A DNA stretch of 64,000 bases, from NCBI GenBank assembly GCA_903878275.1, contig CAIRHC010000010.1:1604-65603 (forward strand). Direction: 5' to 3'. Of the stretch, positions 47,842 through 55,516 are shown in pieces (within the stretch, counting starts at the first letter, position 1; each line of letters opens with the position of its first letter). The stretch is from Candidatus Vogelbacteria bacterium. GTDB lineage: Bacteria; Patescibacteriota; Minisyncoccia; Phycocordibacterales; XYD1-FULL-46-19. Under the pieces are notes generated by a model. The model did not search any database. It was not told the origin of the DNA and saw only the letters and a program-made list of their open reading frames with translations. Both the position numbers and the translations under genes were made by a program.

Positions 47842-48078
47842 AACGACCTCTTTTCTGAACCCATGGGGTTCTTGCTTTTCAGTGTTCAGGCCCAATGCCT
47901 TTATCCTCTTGTAGTATAGCAAATTATACCACGTTTGTCAATAGCTAAAAAACCTTTATTTTAAGACTTATTTTCTGGTTTTCCACAAAAAAGCCTTGGC
48001 TAATAAAAATTTTATTTTTACTCGCCCCAGCTGATTTACTACTCACTAATTAATTTTAAATTACGAAACTCTAACGAG

Positions 48079-48150
48079 TGTCATTCCCGCGAAGGCGGGA
48101 ATCCAGACTAGTTCGATAAAACCTGGATTCCCGCCTTCGCGAGAATGACA
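48079..48150. repeat. REPIN/dRS3-like inverted doublet
   Basis: TGTCATTCCCGCGAAGGCGGGAATCCAG ... CTGGATTCCCGCCTTCGCGAGAATGACA. Confidence 0.85.
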
Positions 48151-48233
48151 GAGTGAAAGCAAGAATGACAATAAAGAAAAGTGAAAATGACCGAAAAACA
48201 CAGAGAGCTAAGTTTTTAAATTTAAAATTTTAA

Positions 48234-48312
48234 TCGCCCCAGTGGAATAGCCAAGCTAAATTTGCTTCGGCAAATTTATTCCACCGGGCGAACTGCTCTG
48301 CGGAGCAGTTCG
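48234..48312. repeat. Cluster of nested palindromes
   Basis: CGCCC..GTGGAATA...TAAATTTGC-TTCG-GCAAATTTA-TTCCAC..GGGCG, then CGAACTGCTC/GAGCAGTTCG. Confidence 0.65.
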
Positions 48313-48449
48313 AGTTACCCACAGTTTTAAATTATTTTTGTTGGCGAAAAAATTTTTAAGTGCTAGGAATATTGTTAGCGGAAATGAAATTTAAAAAATT
48401 CTGAATTGTTGAATTTGTTTTTGTTTTTAAAAAAGGTAAAATTAAATTG

Positions 48450-50138
48450 ATGACAACTTCTCCACTAAATAATGATCCGCAAATCAAAGAACTCTGGCAA
48501 AAAGAGGCGGAAGATTTAGCTCTTACTCTGGCAAAAAGATACCAACTTCCCTATTTAGATATTTCAAAAACCTCAATCAATACCGATGCTTTAAGATTGG
48601 TTCCAGAAAAAGACGCGCTAAAAGCTCAAACTGTCCCATTCAACGTTAACGGAAAAAATGTCAGCATCGCCCTCACCTCTCCCAACCGTCCAGAATCACT
48701 AGCGATTATCGAAGATTTAAAAAATAAAAACTTAATTTTAAAGATTTTTGTTGTGTCGGAGCCGGGTTTTGAAAGCGTCGTCGTTCAATATGCCGACATT
48801 AATAAATCAGTTAAGGTTCGTGCCGGTTTAATTGACATTTCCAACGAAAAAATCGTTGAGTACGTTGAAAAATTCAAAAACATCACCGACATTTACGATG
48901 AGCTAAAAAAAGAAATGGAGCTCTTCGACAAAAAAGGTGGTGTGTCGACAATTCTGGAAATCATTTTGGCTGGTGGTTTGGTGACCGAAGCTTCTGACGT
49001 TCATATCGAGCCAGAAAAAGAACAAATCCGCCTACGTTACCGCCTCGATGGTGTGCTCCAAGATATTTTAGATTTTTCACCGAAAATTTTTCTTCAATTA
49101 ATCGCGCGCTTGAAACTAGTATCGGGAATGAAGATAAACATCAAGCAAATGTCCCAGGACGGACGTTTCAGTATTGAGTACGGCAACGAAGAAATTGAAA
49201 TCCGCTCATCGGTAATTCCTAGCGCTTACGGCGAATCAGTCGTGATGCGTATTTTGAATCCCAAGACAATCAATATGACCTTTGGTAAACTTGGTATTGA
49301 AAAAGAATTGTACAAAGTCTTTGATCGAGAAATTCACAAGCCAAACGGCATGATTTTACTTACTGGACCGACCGGTTCCGGTAAAACAACAACACTTTAT
49401 TCTTTCTTGCGTGAAATAAATTCGCCAGAAAGTAAGATTATTACCATCGAAGATCCCATTGAATATCATCTCGAAGGCATCAACCAAACTCAAGTCAACC
49501 GTAAAAAAGGTTACACTTTCTTGTCTGGTCTTCGCAGTGGTTTACGCCAAGACCCAGACATTATTCTAATTGGAGAAATCCGCGATTCCGAAACCGCCAA
49601 AATTGCCACCCAATCTTCTTTGACTGGACACTTGGTTTTTTCTTCGCTTCACACCAACAATGCCCAAGGTGCCATTCCCCGCTTAATCGACCTTGGTGTC
49701 AACGCCAAAATTATCACCTCGGCGTTGACTCTTTCTATCGCCCAACGTCTTCTTCGTAAATTATGTGAGTTTTGTAAAGAACCATATGATCCAGTAGAAA
49801 GTGAGAAAAAAATGATTGAAGATGTTTTAGCCGCTGCTCGCAAAAAAAGACCAGATTTGGTACCTGAAAGTTGGGACAAGGTTTACAAATCTGTCGGTTG
49901 CGACAAGTGCCACAAAACTGGTTACAAAGGACGAGAAGGTGTCTTTGAAGCTATTTATATGGACGACGCCGTAGCGGCCGCTGCCATCAAGAATCCGAGC
50001 GAGAAAGATATCAAGATTGCCGCCCTTCCACAAAACATTATGGATATGCGCCAAGACGGAATAATTAAAGTCGTTAAAGGTATTACCACAATGTATGAGC
50101 TTGGAAGAATTATCGACCTGTACGAAGAAATTATTTGA
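48450..50138 (+). CDS. pilB: GspE/PilB type IV pilus extension ATPase
   Basis: ASDVHIEP, GPTGSGKTT, TIEDPIEY, LRQDPD, CxxC pairs. Confidence 0.9.
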   Translation: MTTSPLNNDPQIKELWQKEAEDLALTLAKRYQLPYLDISKTSINTDALRLVPEKDALKAQTVPFNVNGKNVSIALTSPNRPESLAIIEDLKNKNLILKIFVVSEPGFESVVVQYADINKSVKVRAGLIDISNEKIVEYVEKFKNITDIYDELKKEMELFDKKGGVSTILEIILAGGLVTEASDVHIEPEKEQIRLRYRLDGVLQDILDFSPKIFLQLIARLKLVSGMKINIKQMSQDGRFSIEYGNEEIEIRSSVIPSAYGESVVMRILNPKTINMTFGKLGIEKELYKVFDREIHKPNGMILLTGPTGSGKTTTLYSFLREINSPESKIITIEDPIEYHLEGINQTQVNRKKGYTFLSGLRSGLRQDPDIILIGEIRDSETAKIATQSSLTGHLVFSSLHTNNAQGAIPRLIDLGVNAKIITSALTLSIAQRLLRKLCEFCKEPYDPVESEKKMIEDVLAAARKKRPDLVPESWDKVYKSVGCDKCHKTGYKGREGVFEAIYMDDAVAAAAIKNPSEKDIKIAALPQNIMDMRQDGIIKVVKGITTMYELGRIIDLYEEII

Positions 50139-50156
50139 TCGCTCTTTTACAACAAA

Positions 50157-50374
50157 ATAAAAAACCAGAGAATTTCTGGTTTCCTAATTAGAAATATCGA
50201 ACACACAAACCTCTAAGCAATCTCTTTAGTCATGCAACATAAAGTTAGGTAATTCTTTAAGGATAATTTCCGTTTGATCCACTGCAAGGTGGGAACCGAA
50301 ACGTCCTCTCAAAAGAACCCGTTAAACGCGTAAACGCGTCTAGATTGCTTGGAGGTTTGTGAGCTTGATAATCT
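50157..50374 (-). ncRNA. 6S RNA-like rod-shaped ncRNA candidate
   Basis: 20-bp closing helix 50204-50223/50342-50361, central bubble, apical stem, own promoter and terminator. Confidence 0.6.
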
Positions 50375-50380
50375 TATTAA

Positions 50381-50409
50381 AGACTAGCATAAAACATACT
50401 TAATGTCAA
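50381..50409 (-). promoter_or_regulatory. Strong sigma70 promoter for the 6S-like RNA
   Basis: TTGACA-N17-TAGTCT with extended TG; the -35 box overlaps the ruvB start codon. Confidence 0.7.
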
Positions 50410-51434
50410 GTACCAAACAGACCAATATTATACCAGAACCAAACGCCGATGGCGAGGTTTTTTTGGATAAATCTTTACGACCGGGAGTTTGGGAAGAATA
50501 TATCGGGCAAAAAGCGATTAAAGATAACCTGAAAATCCTCTTGACTGCCGCGCGCGAAAGACAACACCCACCGGAACATTTGCTTTTTTATGGTCCACCA
50601 GGACTAGGCAAAACTACGCTCGCCCATCTGATTGCCAAAGAAATGGGAGCGCAGATAAAAATCACCTCTGGTCCGGCGATTGAGAAAGTCGGTGATCTTG
50701 CCTCGATTCTCACCAACCTCTCCCCGGGCGATATGTTGTTTATCGACGAGATTCATCGTCTTAATAAAATGATTGAGGAAGTGCTTTATCCAGCGATGGA
50801 ATCTGGGGCTTTAAATATTATTATTGGCAAAGGTCCTGGTGCACGAGTCATCCAAATTGACTTGCCGCCTTTTACTTTACTCGCTGCCACCACGCGCGTG
50901 GCTCTCATTTCTTCACCACTTCGTTCACGTTTTTCTGGTGGAACTTTTCGTTTGGAATTTTATACCAATGAAGAAATCGGACAAATTATCGCCCGGTCAG
51001 CAAAAATTCTCGGTATCGAAGCCGACAAAGAATCACTCGAGGAAATCGCCAAACGCAGTCGCTTCACTCCCCGACTTGCTAACCACTTATTAAAACGCTG
51101 TCGCGACTACAGCCAGGTCGGTAAAAAAGACGTCAGTAAAACCACAGTCAAAGAGACTTTAAATTTGCTCGGCATTGACGAGCTAGGTTTAAACGAACCC
51201 GATCGAAAAATTTTAGAAATAATAATTGAAAAATTTAATGGCGGACCAGTCGGACTTGGCACCGTCGCCACCGCCATGTCCGAAGAAGTCGCCACCGTCG
51301 AAGATGTCTATGAGCCATATTTAATTCAGCTTGGTTTCCTAGAACGTACCCCGAGAGGACGCGTTGCCACTCAAAAAGCTTACGAACATTTAGGGTTTGA
51401 GTATCCAAAAGATAAACAGAATAAATTGATTTAA
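50403..51434 (+). CDS. ruvB: Holliday junction helicase RuvB
   Basis: GPPGLGKTT, FIDEIHRL, LYPAME, RTPRGR. Confidence 0.97.
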   Translation: MSSTKQTNIIPEPNADGEVFLDKSLRPGVWEEYIGQKAIKDNLKILLTAARERQHPPEHLLFYGPPGLGKTTLAHLIAKEMGAQIKITSGPAIEKVGDLASILTNLSPGDMLFIDEIHRLNKMIEEVLYPAMESGALNIIIGKGPGARVIQIDLPPFTLLAATTRVALISSPLRSRFSGGTFRLEFYTNEEIGQIIARSAKILGIEADKESLEEIAKRSRFTPRLANHLLKRCRDYSQVGKKDVSKTTVKETLNLLGIDELGLNEPDRKILEIIIEKFNGGPVGLGTVATAMSEEVATVEDVYEPYLIQLGFLERTPRGRVATQKAYEHLGFEYPKDKQNKLI

Positions 51435-51443
51435 AGAAATATT

Positions 51444-52661
51444 TTAAACTTCCTCATCTGGACCAAGTTGGACTTTCTCGTAAAATTCTTCTAGTCTATT
51501 CTCGAGATCATAAAGTTCCGAAAGAGCCTCGTTGTTTTCTATCCATTTTTGAAACTCCTCATTTTGTAAAAACGTAGTCAGAGCTTCTTCGTTTGTTAAG
51601 TGAAAAACTTGTGGCAATGTTTTTAACCAATCTGCTTTTTTCTCAAAAAAATGTTCCGCAGCCGCATATCCAACAATATGATAAAGTTTTGATTCCATCC
51701 CCAGGACAATCGGCAAAAAATCCAAATGGGAGCTTGAGATATTGTATAATTCAAAGTCACTACAATTTCGAACATATTTCAAATCTGAAGTAAATAAATC
51801 ATAAATCTCGATACTTTCTACATAATCTGGATCATTGACATATCTAACTAACCGCTGAAAACCATTTTTGGCTTGGCGAATGACATTAAGTAATGGTGTC
51901 GCAAAAACAGGATATTTACCATCTTCTTCTAAAGAATTTAGGGTTTTAATTAGTTCCATTCTGCCATTGTCACCATTTTCTACTATCGCAAGAACTTCTT
52001 CCAAGACTTGTTGTGGTGGTTTTTTTCTGTCTTTAGCTTTTTTACAGACATCCTCCGCTGTCTCAAGAGCAGAATAAAAACCTTTGATTTTTTTTATTAC
52101 TTCTAATTTTGACCCAAACTGTTTTTCGGTGATACTGATGGCGTTTTCCACGAGCGGTCTTAGTTTGGCAACATCTTCTTTTATTTTTCGATCTAAATCT
52201 TCGTTTTTAAAAAAACTTCTTTCATCTTCTGTAAATAATTTATCGAGTTCGGTGCCAACAGAAACATCTCTAGCAAGATTCTCCGCAATTCTTCCATAAA
52301 ACTCATCTATCGCCGCCTGCAAAGAACTATTTTCTAAATCTTTATCTTCTTTATTTTGACAAATTTTATATCTTAAAAAATGACCAATTTCTTCTCCATA
52401 CGTAATTCCACTTCCCAGACCAGAACCACTAGTATTGTAATCGGGATGAATATAAATAATATTTCTCGTTGAACTATAAGCGGAAGTTTCTAAGCCACCT
52501 GGCGAAAATTCAATTTCAGGGTAATCTTCTTTTGAAATATCAATACCTAGTCGAGAAGACATTAATTGAATTAAATTACCAATCTGCTCTTTGGCTTCTT
52601 TTAATTTAAGCTCATTTGAATCAACTTCAGTCTCACTTTGTTGAAAATTAAATTTTTCCAT
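51444..52661 (-). CDS. Hypothetical protein with zincin-like motif
   Basis: 405 aa, acidic; GEEIGHF...DEFYG. Confidence 0.65.
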   Translation of the reverse strand: MEKFNFQQSETEVDSNELKLKEAKEQIGNLIQLMSSRLGIDISKEDYPEIEFSPGGLETSAYSSTRNIIYIHPDYNTSGSGLGSGITYGEEIGHFLRYKICQNKEDKDLENSSLQAAIDEFYGRIAENLARDVSVGTELDKLFTEDERSFFKNEDLDRKIKEDVAKLRPLVENAISITEKQFGSKLEVIKKIKGFYSALETAEDVCKKAKDRKKPPQQVLEEVLAIVENGDNGRMELIKTLNSLEEDGKYPVFATPLLNVIRQAKNGFQRLVRYVNDPDYVESIEIYDLFTSDLKYVRNCSDFELYNISSSHLDFLPIVLGMESKLYHIVGYAAAEHFFEKKADWLKTLPQVFHLTNEEALTTFLQNEEFQKWIENNEALSELYDLENRLEEFYEKVQLGPDEEV

Positions 52662-52724
52662 AACTTGACCTAATTTATTATTTCCATTAAATTTCTAATA
52701 TAAATCTCTTTAAACTATAACACT

Positions 52725-53276
52725 ATGTCCGGTCATAATAAATGGTCACAAATAAAAAATAAAAAAGGAGTGACTGACGCCAAACGCAGTAAGCTTTTTT
52801 CGATGCTCGTACGACAAATCACCGTTGAAGCGAAAAACGCTGGTGGTAATCGTGAATTTTCTAGCTTAAAATCTGCTGTGCAAAGAGCTAAAGATGAAAA
52901 TATGCCGGCTGACAATATCGAGCGAGCCATTCAAAAAGGTTTTGGTGGTGGCGCCAATAATTTTGAAGAAGTAATTTATGAAGCTTATTGTCCAGCCGGT
53001 GTGGCGATGATTATTACTGGTATCACCGATAATAAAAATCGGACGACACCAGAAATTAAACACTTGCTTTCCGAACACAATGGCAACCTTGGCGCTCAAG
53101 GCTCGGTCTTGTGGGCATTTGATAAAAAAGATGATAATTGGGAGCCAAAAAACTTAATGGAACTTTCTCAAGTTGATCAGGAAAAAATTTTAGCTTTGAT
53201 TGACGAACTTGAAGACCACGATGATATTAAAGGAGTTTATCACAACGCTTTCTTAGAAAACGAAGTTGATGAATAA
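52725..53276 (+). CDS. YebC/PmpR family protein (short form)
   Basis: MSGHNKW, NIERAI, TDNKNRT, LEDHDDI..VYHN. Confidence 0.93.
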   Translation: MSGHNKWSQIKNKKGVTDAKRSKLFSMLVRQITVEAKNAGGNREFSSLKSAVQRAKDENMPADNIERAIQKGFGGGANNFEEVIYEAYCPAGVAMIITGITDNKNRTTPEIKHLLSEHNGNLGAQGSVLWAFDKKDDNWEPKNLMELSQVDQEKILALIDELEDHDDIKGVYHNAFLENEVDE

Positions 53277-53763
53277 CAAAACAGAAGTAATTATTTTAGG
53301 TATTGATCCGGGTTACGACCGGCTCGGTGTGGCGGTAATTAAAAAAGCTAATCCCAAAGATGAGGTGCTTTTTTCTACCTGCCTCGAAACTAATTCAAAA
53401 GATGAGTATGCCGATCGTCTTGTTTCTTTGGGAAATGAGTTAGAAAAAATTTTAGACGACTGGCAGCCGACGACTAGCGGTATCGAAAAACTTTATTTTA
53501 CAGTCAATCAAAAAACAGCAATGAAGGTCGCTGGGGCAATTGGGATGATTTCTTATTTAATTAAAAAAAGAAATATCCCACTTGCCGAATACACCCCACT
53601 CCAAATAAAAAGTTGTGTCACTGGTTTCGGTGGTGCCAACAAAAATCAGATGATTAGTTTGATTCCCAAACTAATAAAAATTGAAAAAAATATAAAATAC
53701 GACGACGAATTCGATGCGATTGCGGTGGCGATTACTCATTCGGTTTTGCTAAAAAACTACTAA
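53269..53763 (+). CDS. ruvC: Holliday junction resolvase RuvC
   Basis: LGIDPG, EKLYF, EYTPLQIK, DDEFDAIAVA. Confidence 0.95.
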   Translation: MNNKTEVIILGIDPGYDRLGVAVIKKANPKDEVLFSTCLETNSKDEYADRLVSLGNELEKILDDWQPTTSGIEKLYFTVNQKTAMKVAGAIGMISYLIKKRNIPLAEYTPLQIKSCVTGFGGANKNQMISLIPKLIKIEKNIKYDDEFDAIAVAITHSVLLKNY

Positions 53764-53769
53764 CTCCTA

Positions 53770-53926
53770 GAATTGTTTTTTAAATTAAAAAATGAAGCGA
53801 GGCAATTCTTGTTTTGGGGGTTTCGAGGCTGTCGAGCCGAGAATTTCAGGATTTTTTAAGCTTCAAAAAATCTGTACCCTAAACAAGAAAGTGGCGAGTG
53901 AACATTTTTTAATTTAAAAATAATTC
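53770..53926. repeat. Structured repeat element, copy 1
   Basis: Long terminal inverted repeat GAATT...AATTC; ~72-bp core nearly identical to the reverse complement of 61176-61247. Confidence 0.85.
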
Positions 53927-53940
53927 ACCTAACCACCATT

Positions 53941-53949
53941 TTATCCACA
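53941..53949 (+). promoter_or_regulatory. Perfect DnaA box
   Basis: TTATCCACA upstream of the acidic microprotein gene. Confidence 0.55.
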
Positions 53950-54069
53950 ATTCAATTTTTAATTACTTGCAATTTTTTGGTGATATGTTAAAAATTTAAA
54001 GATTATCAAAATCAATTAAAAAAGGTCGCTCTAATTTTACTTAAATAAGCTTTTTATAAAAAAAATAAA

Positions 54070-54201
54070 ATGGACGATGATGCTGTTCTAAAAGGGACTA
54101 GCCCTGACGATGATTTCAACGAAGAAGATGTTTTAGGCGAAGACGATTTAGATGAAGGATTAGACATAGATTTACCAGAGGGAGAAGGAGAAAGCTGGTA
54201 A
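54070..54201 (+). CDS. Highly acidic 43-aa microprotein
   Basis: Not in the track: MDDDAVLKGTSPDDDFNEEDVLGEDDLDEGLDIDLPEGEGESW; followed by a hairpin at 54216-54260. Confidence 0.7.
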   Translation: MDDDAVLKGTSPDDDFNEEDVLGEDDLDEGLDIDLPEGEGESW

Positions 54202-54215
54202 TTTTTTTGGCTTTT

Positions 54216-54260
54216 AAAAACAGCCCGGATTTTTGCTAAGCAAAAATCCGGGCTGTTTTT
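54216..54260. terminator. Bidirectional terminator (TTTTGCT-core palindrome)
   Basis: AAAAACAGCCCGGATTTTTGC-TAA-GCAAAAATCCGGGCTGTTTTT. Confidence 0.8.
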
Positions 54261-54270
54261 GTTTTCCATC

Positions 54271-55461
54271 TTAAACTTCAATCTTTACAAAACGATGCTT
54301 CCCCACCTTAACTAGACAAGTCTTTAAAATTTCAAAAAACGGATCAGTTATTTTTTCTTCGCCGTTTATTTTAATCGAACCACCTTCAACTAAACGACGA
54401 AAATCTGAATTAGAAGAAACCACTTTTTCTCTCACTAAAACATCCATTAATTTTTCTCCAACCACCGCTTTAATTTCTTGTGCTTCGTCAGGGTTTTCTT
54501 TTTTTTGAAAAACCGACACAAAATAATCTCGAGCCTTGTCGGCTTCTTTTTTATTGTGATACATTACCACAATTTCCCAAGCCAATTTCATTTTAATATC
54601 CCGCGGATTCGCACCAGACACTAAATCCTGTTCTATTTTTTTAATTTCTACCAACGAAAGATCAGTACAAAGAGTAAAATATTTAATAATTAATTCATCC
54701 CGCAACGACATAATCTTACCAAACATATCATTTGGTTCGTCAGTAATATTTATCACATTACCCCAACTCGTTGACATTTTTCGCCCGTCAGTCCCTTCGA
54801 GCATTTGATAAGTCAAAACATCTTGCTCTGGTTGACCATAATATTTCTGAATTACTCGCCCAGCTTTAAGATTAAACAATTGATCAAGTCCAGCAATTTC
54901 AATATCCGCCTTGACCATCACCGAATCATAACCCTGCAAAAGCGGGTAAAGAAACTCACGCAAAGAAATCTCCTCGTTTTTTTCATAACGATCTTTAAAA
55001 TTCCGCCGAGCCAGCATTTGCTGAACCGTAAAACTTTCAGCAATGTCAGCAATTTCTCTAAAATTCAATTTAGCCAACCACTTACTATTGTAAACAAATT
55101 TAGTCTTTTTAAGATCAAGGATCTTACCGACATTTTTTTTATAATTTTTTATATTTTCCAAAACATTTTCTTTGGTCAACATCGGTCTTTTTCCAAGTTT
55201 ATCTGATGGATCACCAATTTGAGCGGTAAAATCTCCCAAAATAAAAACGACTTGATGACCCAATCTTTGAAAATCACGGAGCTTTCGTAAAGGAATCGCT
55301 CGTCCGAGATGGATATTGGGACCAGTCGGATCCACGCCAAGCTTCACTATCTGCGGTTTACCAGATAAAAGTTTTTTCTTGAGACTTTCTAAAACAAAAA
55401 CATCTTCCACGCCACGAGTTAAAATCTCATTAATTTTTTCTTCATTATTTAGCTTATTCAT
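54271..55461 (-). CDS. tyrS: Tyrosine--tRNA ligase
   Basis: GVDPT..HLG, LYPLLQGYD, KMSTS, S4 tail; start ATG 55461. Confidence 0.95.
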   Translation of the reverse strand: MNKLNNEEKINEILTRGVEDVFVLESLKKKLLSGKPQIVKLGVDPTGPNIHLGRAIPLRKLRDFQRLGHQVVFILGDFTAQIGDPSDKLGKRPMLTKENVLENIKNYKKNVGKILDLKKTKFVYNSKWLAKLNFREIADIAESFTVQQMLARRNFKDRYEKNEEISLREFLYPLLQGYDSVMVKADIEIAGLDQLFNLKAGRVIQKYYGQPEQDVLTYQMLEGTDGRKMSTSWGNVINITDEPNDMFGKIMSLRDELIIKYFTLCTDLSLVEIKKIEQDLVSGANPRDIKMKLAWEIVVMYHNKKEADKARDYFVSVFQKKENPDEAQEIKAVVGEKLMDVLVREKVVSSNSDFRRLVEGGSIKINGEEKITDPFFEILKTCLVKVGKHRFVKIEV

Positions 55462-55516
55462 CCTTTTACCATAACACATATTCTCTTTTGTTACCACTTG
55501 TGTTACCATTTGTTTC

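Noticed and set aside
54054-54281. 75-aa minus-strand Ser-rich ORF
   Set aside because: Antisense of the acidic microprotein and runs across a terminator.
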